Assembly: GCA_000002445.1 (NCBI GenBank)
Contig: CM000208.1
Coordinates: forward strand, 3,616,001 to 3,680,000
DNA from: Trypanosoma brucei
Lineage: Eukaryota
DNA: 64,000 bases
Reading direction: 5' to 3'
A program made the translations under genes and the position numbers. Numbering within the stretch: the first letter of the stretch is position 1; every line of letters starts with the position of its first letter. Below, piece by piece: positions 1 through 8,772 of this stretch. The notes under the pieces were generated by a model, which had not been told where the DNA came from, searched no databases, and saw nothing but the letters and a program-made list of their open reading frames with translations.

Positions 1-1
1 A

Positions 2-370
2 CGACATCACAGTGCTATCTCGAGCTCAAGGTCTTTTGCTTCTGCTCCGTTGACGCGCCCTTACCTTGGGTTCCGTGTTGCCGTTGGCCGCGACAGCAGT
101 GGATGTACAACACTATCAATTCAGGAAGTCACCCAAACTTACACCGGAAGTAATGGTGGCGCTGATCTTATGGGTCCAGCGTTTGCTGCCGGATTGCGCG
201 TCGGTGACCAACTCGTCCGCTTTGCAGGTTACACAGTTACAGAACTGGCTGCGTTCAATACTGTTGTGGCAAGGCACGTGCGACCCTCGGCTTCTATTCC
301 CGTTGTATTCTCCCGTGATGGCGTAGTAATGTCCGCCACAATTGTGGTTGGTGAGAAAAGAAGGGAGTGA
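2..370 (+). CDS. PDZ-domain protein, probably partial (the frame is open to the start of the window)
   Basis: The translation contains a GLGF-type carboxylate-binding loop 'YLGFRV' and 'GLRVGDQLVRFAGYTV...IPVVFSRDG', which is typical of a PDZ fold. The ORF-track start at 50 is TTG, not ATG. Frame 2 has no stop codon back to position 2, so the true start probably lies upstream of the window. Confidence 0.45.
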   Translation, partial: RHHSAISSSRSFASAPLTRPYLGFRVAVGRDSSGCTTLSIQEVTQTYTGSNGGADLMGPAFAAGLRVGDQLVRFAGYTVTELAAFNTVVARHVRPSASIPVVFSRDGVVMSATIVVGEKRRE

Positions 371-800
371 CGCAAGTAGAAGACAACTCATACCTATTGA
401 TGTTCTCTTATAATGATTAGGGATACTTTTCATTTTAAAATTCTCTCACGTCGACCCTAATCAATATCTCCCCCTCTCCAAACAGTGTACCGTACTTCCT
501 AGACAGGCATTAACTCTTCCTTTTTGCCTCTCCTACCCCACTCATTTCCTTTTTGTACTATCCTCATCAAATAGGAACGTTGGTTCACACCTTCACGACA
601 CGTAAAGCATTCACAATTACACCACAAACATAATAATAACAGCAACTTCCTTCTTTCCTTCCTCTTACAAAATGCTTTTCCTTCTAATTGCCACACTCTC
701 GTACTTTCATCTGTATTGTTTCTCCATTTGCTCTTTCCTTAAGTTAGCGCAAACGTCACACACTGTGTTTTGAGAAACTTCTACACTTTGTGAAATTACA

Positions 801-1496
801 ATGGTGGTCATACATAGTGGACTTGTAACTCCCGTATTGGAAATTATGTCACTAGTTAAGCCGTTACCTTTTGATGTGGATGTGTTGTTGGATGAACATC
901 CCGATATGACAGTTTATCATCGCCCTCCATTGCGGAGCCGTGGTAGTGGAAGTAAATATATTTGCAATCATCATCCTGTTGAATTGCTTTCTTATGAAGT
1001 GTACTTGTGTGATACGGAAGATGAACCAGTTGTCGATTTTGAAGTGGATAATCAAATTGTCGTACGATATCAACTTAACCCGTATTGTGCTGCTTCAGAG
1101 TTTCCATTTCCTCGTGTGTTTGGAAATACAATCTACCGTAACCAAAGACCTTACCTCCGTCCTGCGTATGTGGAAGTTGCACATGGCTCTGGCGGTTGTT
1201 GTTTCAATGGTAGCGGATCATCATATGGCATTAATGTTTGTGTGGCTCCCACTGATATTTTTGCTGGTTTCCCTCGCTCCAATAATGGTGATGATGCTGT
1301 TATTTACTCTACGGTACCCCACATCAGGAAACTCCTACAGCGGCCCTTTTCCCCCTTTATGGAATGTGGTCCCTTAATTGCGGATGATGTTTTCTTTCAT
1401 TGGGATACCCTTGGTTTGCTTAGTTTGACTGATACGTGTGATTTGGGCATGTTCACAATTGAGGGTGTGTGTGGTGTATCCTCACATATTATGTAA
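801..1496 (+). CDS. Tandem-array hypothetical protein, copy 1 (231 aa, Cys/Gly-rich, 'GSGGCCFNGSGSSYGINVCVAP')
   Basis: ATG confirmed at 801. The ORF is conserved in three tandem copies while antisense and other-frame ORFs are not supported. The codon usage looks coding. I do not recognise the family. Confidence 0.65.
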   Translation: MVVIHSGLVTPVLEIMSLVKPLPFDVDVLLDEHPDMTVYHRPPLRSRGSGSKYICNHHPVELLSYEVYLCDTEDEPVVDFEVDNQIVVRYQLNPYCAASEFPFPRVFGNTIYRNQRPYLRPAYVEVAHGSGGCCFNGSGSSYGINVCVAPTDIFAGFPRSNNGDDAVIYSTVPHIRKLLQRPFSPFMECGPLIADDVFFHWDTLGLLSLTDTCDLGMFTIEGVCGVSSHIM

Positions 1497-1999
1497 TTTG
1501 CACTGAAATGCGTCATTACTTAATATGTGAAGGGTGCTATTGTTATTTTATTCCATATATTATTATATCACATGAGTCTCCCGCTACAATCACGTGGCAT
1601 TGTGCTGTGTGTCATCGGGTAGTTTAATATATTTATATATATATATATATTCTTTTTTTCTCCTTCACATAATTATTGTGGACGGTAGTTAATAATGCAG
1701 TATTTTTAATTGATTAGTGTCCTGGGGTTCTTCATCGTATTTGTTGATATGTTTGCTTGTTTGTTTCTATTACTTACATAACTGTTATATATATATATTA
1801 AAATTTTTTCTTACCGTTGTCACTCTTTCATTTTCTTTTCTGCAACCGATTGTTATCATACTTCCTTTGTCTAACTACATCACTAATTGCCACACTCTCG
1901 TACTTTCATCTGTATTGTTTCTCCATTTGCTCTTTCCTTAATTTAGCGCAAACGTCACACACTGTGTTTTGAGAAACTTCTACACTTTGTGAAATTACA

Positions 2000-2692
2000 A
2001 TGGTGGTCATACATAGTGGACTTGTAACTCCCGTATTGGAAATTATGTCACTAGTTAAGCCGTTACCTTTTGATGTGGATGTGTTGTTGGATGAACATCC
2101 CGATATGACAGTTTATCATCGCCCTCCATTGCAGAGCCGTGGTAGTGGAAGTAAATATATTTGCAATCATCATCCTGTTGAATTGCTTTCTTATGAAGTG
2201 TACTTGTGTGATACGGAAGATGAACCAGTTGTCGATTTTGAAGTGAGTAACCGAATTGTCGTACGATATCAACTTAACCCGTATTGTGCTGCTCAACTTT
2301 CACACCTTCGTGGGTTTGAGCCTCTCGTATATCCCTACGAGAGCCGTTACCTCCGTCCTGCGTATGTGGAAGTTGCACATGGCTCTGGCGGTTGTTGTTT
2401 CAATGGTAGCGGATCATCATATGGCATTAATGTTTGTGTGGCTCCCACTGATATTTTTGCTGGTTTCCCTCGCTCCAATAATGGTGATGATGCTGTTATT
2501 TACTCTACGGTACCCCACATCAGGAAACTCCTACAGCGGCCCTTTTCCCCCTTTATGGAATGTGGTCCCTTAATTGCGGATGATGTTTTTGTAAGGTGGG
2601 GAAGTAGCGGTTTGCTTAGTTTGACTGATACGTGTGATTTGGGCATGTTCACAATTGAGGGTGTGTGTGGTGTATCCTCACATGTTATGTAA
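2000..2692 (+). CDS. Tandem-array hypothetical protein, copy 2 (230 aa)
   Basis: ATG at 2000. Identical to copy 1 except for replacement patches: R45Q, 'VDNQ'->'VSNR', 'SEFPFPRVFGNTIYRNQRPY'->'QLSHLRGFEPLVYPYESRY', and 'FFHWDTLG'->'FVRWGSSG'. Confidence 0.65.
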   Translation: MVVIHSGLVTPVLEIMSLVKPLPFDVDVLLDEHPDMTVYHRPPLQSRGSGSKYICNHHPVELLSYEVYLCDTEDEPVVDFEVSNRIVVRYQLNPYCAAQLSHLRGFEPLVYPYESRYLRPAYVEVAHGSGGCCFNGSGSSYGINVCVAPTDIFAGFPRSNNGDDAVIYSTVPHIRKLLQRPFSPFMECGPLIADDVFVRWGSSGLLSLTDTCDLGMFTIEGVCGVSSHVM

Positions 2693-3207
2693 TTTGCACT
2701 GAAATGCGTCATTACTTAATATGTGAAGGGTGCTATTGTTATTTTATTCCCTTTATTATTATATCACATGAGTCTCCCGCTACAATCACGTGGCATTGTG
2801 CTGTGTGTCATCGGGTAGTTTAATATATTTATATATACATATATATATATTCTTTTTTTCTCCTTCACATAATTATTGTGGACGGTAGTTAATAATGCAG
2901 TATTTTTAATTGATTAGTGTCCTGGGGTTCTTCATCGTATTTGTTGATATGTTTGCTTGTTTGTTTCTATTACTTACATAACTGTTATATATATATATAT
3001 ATATATTAAAATTTTTTCTTACCGTTGTCACTCTTTCATTTTCTTTTCTGCAACCGATTGTTATCATACTTCCTTTGTCTAACTACATCACTAATTGCCA
3101 CACTCTCGTACTTTCATCTGTATTGTTTCTCCATTTGCTCTTTCCTTAAGTTAACGCAAACGTCACACACTGTGTTTTGAGAAACTTCTACACTTTGTGA
3201 AATTACA

Positions 3208-3900
3208 ATGGTGGTCATACATAGTGGACTTGTAACTCCCGTATTGGAAATTATGTCACTAGTTAAGCCGTTACCTTTTGATGTGGATGTGTTGTTGGAT
3301 GAACATCCCGATATGACAGTTTATCATCGCCCTCCATTGCAGAGCCGTGGTAGTGGAAGTAAATATATTTGCAATCATCATCCTGTTGAATTGCTTTCTT
3401 ATGAAGTGTACCTGTGTGATACGGAAGATGAACCAGTTGTCGATTTTGAAGTGAATAACCGAATTGTCGTACGATATCAACTTAACCCGTATTGTGCTGC
3501 TCAACTTTCACACCTTCGTGGGTTTGAGCCTCTCGTATATCCCTACGAGAGCCGTTACCTCCGTCCTGCGTATGTGGAAGTTGCACATGGCTCTGGCGGT
3601 TGTTGTTTCAATGGTAGCGGATCATCATATGGCATTAATGTTTGTGTGGCTCCCACTGATATTTTTGCTGGTTTCCCTCGCTCCAATAATGGTGATGATG
3701 CTGTTATTTACTCTACGGTACCCCACATCAGGAAACTCCTACAGCGGCCCTTTTCCCCCTTTATGGAATGTGGTCCCTTAATTGCGGATGATGTTTTCTT
3801 TCATTGGGATACCCTTGGTTTGCTTAGTTTGACTGATACGTGTGATTTGGGCATGTTCACAATTGAGGGTGTGTGTGGTGTATCCTCACATATTATGTAA
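3208..3900 (+). CDS. Tandem-array hypothetical protein, copy 3 (230 aa), a chimera of the copy-1 and copy-2 patch types
   Basis: ATG at 3208. It carries the copy-2 type central patch ('QLSHLRGFEPLVYPYESRY') but the copy-1 type C-terminal patch ('FFHWDTLG'). Position 83 is unique ('VNNR'). Confidence 0.65.
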   Translation: MVVIHSGLVTPVLEIMSLVKPLPFDVDVLLDEHPDMTVYHRPPLQSRGSGSKYICNHHPVELLSYEVYLCDTEDEPVVDFEVNNRIVVRYQLNPYCAAQLSHLRGFEPLVYPYESRYLRPAYVEVAHGSGGCCFNGSGSSYGINVCVAPTDIFAGFPRSNNGDDAVIYSTVPHIRKLLQRPFSPFMECGPLIADDVFFHWDTLGLLSLTDTCDLGMFTIEGVCGVSSHIM

Positions 3901-4136
3901 TTTGCACTGAAATGCGTCATTACTTAATATGTGAAGGGTGCTATTGTTATTTTATTCCCTTTATTATTATATCACATGAGTCTCCCGCTACAATCACGTG
4001 GCATTGTGCTGTGTGTCATCGGGTAGTTTAATATATTTATATATACATATATATATATTCTTTTTTTCTCCTTCACATAATTTTTGTGGACGGTAGGTAA
4101 TAATGCAGTATTTTTAATTGATTAGTGTCCTGGGTT

Positions 4137-4300
4137 TCTTTTTTTGTCTTTCTTATTTTTGCTTTTTGTTTTAAAATAAAATTTGATCATTATTTAAGCT
4201 TCCTCAATTGTTCAGTGGTTGGTTGGTTATCGTTTTGGATGATTTGAGGTTGTGTTTTTTTTTTGACCTTTTCTTATTTGAGAAAGGAAAGGTTTGTGTA
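4137..4300 (+). promoter_or_regulatory. Polypyrimidine-rich tract upstream of RPS13 (candidate trans-splice acceptor / polyadenylation coupling region)
   Basis: T/C-rich runs ('tttctttttttgtctttcttatttttgctttttgtttt', 'gtgtttttttttttgacc') followed by AG dinucleotides just 5' of the ATG at 4311. This is typical kinetoplastid intergenic architecture. The exact splice site cannot be determined from the sequence alone. Confidence 0.3.
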
Positions 4301-4310
4301 GTTGTAGGCG

Positions 4311-4766
4311 ATGGTGCGCATGCATGGTAATGGTCATGGCAAGGCTGCATCGGCCTTGCCGTACCGCCGGACACCACCGACGTGGTTGAAATCCTCCAGC
4401 CGGGATGTTATCGATGCCGTTTGCAAGTTGGCAAAAAAGGGGCTTTCACCAAGTCGTATTGGCATGCAACTTCGTGACTCGATGGGTATCGCGCAAGTGA
4501 AAAATGTGACGGGCCGCAAAATTTTGCGCATTTTAAAGCACAAGGGCATGGCGCCTGAGATCCCTGAGGATTTGTACTGCTTAATTAAGCGGGCAACTCA
4601 AATGCGTAAACACCTTGAGCGCAACACGAAAGATAAGGATACGAAGTTCCGTCTTATTTTGGTTGAGTCCCGCATTCACCGCCTTGCACGGTATTACAGA
4701 CGTGTGAAGCAACTTCCGCCCACGTGGAAGTACGAGTCCAGCACGGCTTCAGCCATGGTTGCATAA
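4311..4766 (+). CDS. RPS13: 40S ribosomal protein S13 (uS15)
   Basis: 151 aa. '[13 protein letters not shown]...[37 protein letters not shown]...[67 protein letters not shown]' matches eukaryotic S13 along its whole length. ATG confirmed at 4311. Confidence 0.95.
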   Translation: MVRMHGNGHGKAASALPYRRTPPTWLKSSSRDVIDAVCKLAKKGLSPSRIGMQLRDSMGIAQVKNVTGRKILRILKHKGMAPEIPEDLYCLIKRATQMRKHLERNTKDKDTKFRLILVESRIHRLARYYRRVKQLPPTWKYESSTASAMVA

Positions 4767-5296
4767 GCATTTTTTTTACTTGTGTTTCCTGCCTTGTTGC
4801 TTGCGATCTTTTCCGCTCCCTGACATTTTTATTTTGGTAACTTCTAACTCGCATTTTGTTAATACTCAAAAGTGGGTGACGGTCTATCTTGAGGGTTGCG
4901 TCGACATCTCTTGCATTACCGTTGACTTTGTTCGAGTTATCTTCTCTGCGGTATCTGTTTCCCCACATTCTTCCGTTTGTCTTCTAGTAAGCGTATCTTT
5001 ATTTGTGTTGTTAAGGAGGATCAGTGCTGTGGGAGCGGAGAGAAGTCGTCGAAGTCAAGAAGTAGTGCCACTTTGTGCGAAAAGGTTTTTTTCCATTTTT
5101 TTTTTTTTAAAAAGGAGGCCAAGCACCTGGGTAGTGCGGCTTTTTCGGATTAGACAGAAAGCCGGAAGGGGTAAAGGCGGTATTTGTCACGGTACAACGG
5201 CTTTGAGGTATTGGCCACTTTCCAACTGCCTTTTATCGAATTCGCGAAGCGTGGAATTAGGTTCCCTTCATCTTTTTATTTTTATACTCCTAGAAA

Positions 5297-6064
5297 ATGG
5301 CGTCAAAGGGTTGTTTCATTGCCGTTCTTATAGCACGTACGCATGATCATGTCCCTTTGTGTAGTTTTACCGATGAAAACTACGCCAATTGGAATCAGAT
5401 CAGGCAACAGGAGCAGCGTATTCTTGAGCGAATGGAGTCACCGGCGTCGGTACCAGATTCAGCAGGGACGAGAGGAAGTTACTACCAGAGCTTTGACCAT
5501 AAGGACTGTATTTACTTTGCATTTCAGGATGCGGGGACGGGGTTGACGATTATCACCGTTTTAAACAAACTTCTTTTGCGCAATTCCAGTGACGTTACGT
5601 CGACTAACCATCTTGCGTGTAGTCTGTTAGACATGATCTTCTCTGAGTTTACGCAGGCTTACTCCACATCCGAGATTTCAGCCAGGACAGTTCGTCCCTT
5701 TCAGTTTATAAAATTTGAATCCACTCTAGAAAAACTCATACACCGCGTGCAACGCGAACGACAAAACGATGTTGTTAGCGATTCGCACGGTGGACAGCGA
5801 CGTCAGGTTAATACGCAGTACGATGCAATTAAACAGGAGCTAACAGACGTTCACTTCGTTATGCGCAAGAACTTGGAAGACCTTATGGTGCGTGGGGAGA
5901 AACTTGAGACAATGAATCAGTTTAGCGCCCAGCTGGTGGATGAAAGCTCTCGGTTCTACAAGAAGACGGCTCGCATGAACAGGATGCGTTTGTTAAAACT
6001 GTACGGCCCTCCTGCTGTAGTGATTAGCATTCTAGCTCTCTTCTTCTACCTCTACCTGTTCTAA
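5297..6064 (+). CDS. SEC22: Longin-domain R-SNARE, Sec22-like
   Basis: The N-terminal 'FIAVLIARTHDHVPLCS' resembles the Sec22b 'LLTMIARVADGLPLAAS' longin start. 'RPFQFIKFESTLEKL' aligns with Sec22b 'RPYSFIEFDTFIQK'. The R-SNARE heptads 'NLEDLMVRGEKLETMNQFSAQLVDESSRFYKKTARMN' contain the central Arg. A C-terminal transmembrane helix 'AVVISILALFFYLYLF' is present. ATG at 5297. Confidence 0.7.
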   Translation: MASKGCFIAVLIARTHDHVPLCSFTDENYANWNQIRQQEQRILERMESPASVPDSAGTRGSYYQSFDHKDCIYFAFQDAGTGLTIITVLNKLLLRNSSDVTSTNHLACSLLDMIFSEFTQAYSTSEISARTVRPFQFIKFESTLEKLIHRVQRERQNDVVSDSHGGQRRQVNTQYDAIKQELTDVHFVMRKNLEDLMVRGEKLETMNQFSAQLVDESSRFYKKTARMNRMRLLKLYGPPAVVISILALFFYLYLF

Positions 6065-6813
6065 CGAAACTGTGTAATTATCGCCACGACAGGTGTTGAT
6101 ATTAGTTTGTGCTTCATCATTCCGTGAGAGTAGCGGGAAGAAACGTCGTTTAATATGGTGGGGTCACTGACTCGGTTTTATGAGTAGAGGGAGTCTGGCG
6201 ATATAAACTCGGTTTTGTGCAATTTCGTTCCAAGTCAGGGAAATCAGAAGGTGTTACTTAATTGATGAAGGCCACTCCGTCATGGATGGCGGTTAAGGTA
6301 AGGTGGAAGTGCCACAAAGAAACCGAAGTGACTGTGAAGGAAGGGAATAAGGAAAGGAAATGTGGGTGTTGTACGATAATGGCACTACTGATACTGAGTT
6401 TTTTTAGTTGTGAAGTCCTCAAAAACGTGCATGTGTATCAATGCCTTTCACATTTATCTTTTTAGCTTAGTGTTTTGTGTGCGCCATCATGTACCGGTTG
6501 GGCCTCTCTGCTATCGTGTTTGAGCTGGTCCCCGTGACAGATAACTTTCTGTCTTCCCTCTCCTCGCTCTGTTCCCTGGTTCGTCATTAACTATTAACCC
6601 CTCCCACAACTGCTAAACTGTGCACTGATAGCCAGTCTCGCCTTTTCGTTGCTCTTGTTGTTTTAGTTTTTTTGGAAAGGAACCGAGCTTTATCAACGGC
6701 AGGAAGAGTTGTTTCGAGCACAGTTAGGAAGGAAAGAAGCATCGTTTTTCTCTTTCTTTTTTCCCCTTTTACCCTCTGGGACAGGAAGAAGAAAGCGTAA
6801 ATACTTGGTCTGT

Positions 6814-7188
6814 ATGTCATTGAGGGAGATTGAACTTGCCCAGGTGCAACCACGGGAGCACCTCCTTCACCCGTGTGATGTGATCCAACGAAGCGCATTT
6901 CAGCGTGACAATGCGGAGCGGTTGCATCGTATACGCACGACACTTGGCTGGGGTGCGGCTGCTGATACCGCTCTTACAGAAACAACGCTCCTCTCGTCTC
7001 GCCGTCTCGGTGCATTGCCAAGCAGCTTTGCGTTATATCACCATTACCGCGGTACCGCGTCGGAGTTGACACCGATGGATATATATGGCCAACCGGAGGA
7101 TGATCCCAACGTGCAACCATCATCCCGATCCGTGGTTGAGAAGCTTGTGTATGGGCATGAGTTGACGATGAAGAACATGGGGATGTAG
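6814..7188 (+). CDS. UMP1: Proteasome maturation factor UMP1/POMP-like (124 aa)
   Basis: The ORF track shows 6709..7188, starting in a polypyrimidine tract. The first ATG is at 6814 ('MSLREIELAQ'). 'LHPCDV...LPSSFALYHHYRGTASELTPMDIYGQPEDDP...VVEKLVYGHEL' parallels human POMP 'SHPLE...LPFLSSSNLSLDVLRGNDETIGFEDILNDP...MVEYKLGLL'. Confidence 0.5.
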   Translation: MSLREIELAQVQPREHLLHPCDVIQRSAFQRDNAERLHRIRTTLGWGAAADTALTETTLLSSRRLGALPSSFALYHHYRGTASELTPMDIYGQPEDDPNVQPSSRSVVEKLVYGHELTMKNMGM

Positions 7189-7683
7189 GATGCAGTGGAA
7201 CCTGATCATTGGGTTTGCTTCGTCCTTCTATTTCGCAATGCATCCCACTCACGTGCTCCGTACCTGAAGCGCGAATGTAGCAAGAGATTCTTACGGTTTT
7301 ATTCGCACCTGCACCGTTTGGGCAATTGCGTTTTAGTTCACCTCATCTTTGGTTGTCCAAACGCTTTTATTTGATACTTCCCTCTTCTTTCCGCGTGGTC
7401 TATACTCGTTTCCTCTGCAGTCAGGAGGGGTCACGTTTGGTCATTACGTTGTTGTTGTCTGGACCCTACCTGCTAGGCTGTTATCACAACGGCTCTAACA
7501 CTTCATATCACTAATCCATTATTTTTCCTCATCGCTTCCCCTACTCTTCTTTTCCTTTCTTATGTCCTGCATCACGGGTAACTGATTTTTTTTTTTCGAC
7601 GGCTGGCACCGAATGATCAGGGCATACATTGCCTTCCCTCCCAAAGGCGATCCCACAGTACTGAGGAGAGGAAGCCTCGGTCC

Positions 7684-8064
7684 ATGTTTTTCTGTCCATT
7701 CTGTGGAACGCTACTGTTGATTGAGCCGGCCTATCCGTGCAATCGTTTCTCATGCTCCAGCTGCCGGTACGTCGTGCCAATTCAGTCACGGCGCCCGCTC
7801 ACTATTAATCATTCGTTCCTAAAGTACAATAAGGTTGTGGATGATGACGATGAGAAGGGAAGCTCAAATACGGTGAAACGAGGCGTGAAAGAGGAGGAAG
7901 AGGTGGATGGAGGCCAGGTGATTACTGTGCGTTGTCAGAATGATGAGAAGCAGTGCGATGGCGACCGGGCACACTACGTGCAGATACAGATGCGCTCCGC
8001 TGATGAACCGGCAACAACGTTCTTCAAGTGTTTGAAGTGTGGCTTCCAGTGGAAGCAGGATTAG
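7684..8064 (+). CDS. RNA polymerase subunit with an N-terminal zinc ribbon and a C-terminal TFIIS-type zinc ribbon (RPC11/RPA12/RPB9 family, best fit RPC11)
   Basis: 'FCPFCGTLLLIEPAYPCNRFSCSSCRYVVPI' resembles RPC11 'FCPGCGNGLIVEEGQRCHRFACNTCPYVHNI'. The C-terminal 'QIQMRSADEPATTFFKCLKCGFQWK' is the TFIIS/C11 signature (RSADEP...F..C..C...W). ATG at 7684. Confidence 0.75.
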   Translation: MFFCPFCGTLLLIEPAYPCNRFSCSSCRYVVPIQSRRPLTINHSFLKYNKVVDDDDEKGSSNTVKRGVKEEEEVDGGQVITVRCQNDEKQCDGDRAHYVQIQMRSADEPATTFFKCLKCGFQWKQD

Positions 8065-8772
8065 GTCGTCAGTTGCCACGTTAACACACTCCCTAACCCA
8101 ACATTTAAACCCCGTGCAATGCACCTGCGGTTGCGGTTCTGTGGGTTGTAGGAACCGTTGCACCGGTGGATGTCCGACTAGAGGTGTGTGCTTCCGTATT
8201 GGGGTACTCGTAACCGTACCTCATGGTTTTGAAAACTTGTTAACAGGTAGCGCCTGGGGTGACGGGGAGTAGAAGGTGGTATATTGTGGTGGCCGACCCC
8301 ATGCACTACATATTGGGAGAAGAGGCTTGTGATGGTGGGGACAAGGCCTAGTGGCAGAGGGGGGTGCACAAGGGGCTGTTTGCCCGTTTACCGTTATATC
8401 CTCAGTTTTAATTGTATATATATATTTTGCTATTTCGCTCTGTTTCCTTGTTTTTTTCTTCGTTCACTTGCAGTAAGTTGTCTATTTCTTTTGTTTTTCT
8501 TGCTTTTACGGTGAAGCTAGCGTAGTAGGTTCGTTTGTACTGTACAGGGAGAAAGGGGCTGCGCAACGGCTGTCGCAGGTGCGCGGTAGGTCGTTCTAAG
8601 GGCAGGAAACCCCATCGATAGTGGTAGTTGAGGGGGAAAGGAAGCAGAAAAAGGGAAGCCAAGGGCGGCTGCGTGGATTCGTTTTGCTTCATTAGTTTTT
8701 ACAGCCCTTTACCCTTTCCAACAGGCTTGGTATTCTCCAATTGACCTCTCGTAGCCATTGTTTCGGACTACG

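Larger units (their letters stand above)
676..4137 (+). repeat. Tandem array of about 2.9 units, with a period of 1206 to 1210 bp, each unit carrying one 230/231-aa CDS plus a spacer of about 510 bp
   Basis: The sequence starting at 'attgccacactctcgtactttcatctgtattgtttctcc' occurs at 678, 1884 and 3094. The spacers, including their (TA)n tracts, are nearly identical. The array ends near 4137, where the sequence diverges from the spacer after 'attgattagtgtcctggg'. Confidence 0.92.

Noticed and set aside
864-1073. Minus-strand 69-77-aa ORFs (864..1073, 2063..2296, 3271..3504) and + strand alternate-frame ORFs (940..1377, 2256..2573, 3464..3781) inside each tandem unit
   Set aside because: They overlap the conserved 230-aa CDS in another frame or on the antisense strand. 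They recur only because the unit is repeated. They are disrupted by the cassette differences, and the translations are hydrophobic and low-complexity.
4759-5346. 195-aa + strand ORF between RPS13 and the Sec22-like gene
   Set aside because: It starts at TTG, runs through pyrimidine-rich intergenic sequence (translating to 'FFYLCFLPCCLRSFPL'), and overlaps the Sec22 start. It is most likely the polypyrimidine/intergenic tract, not a gene.
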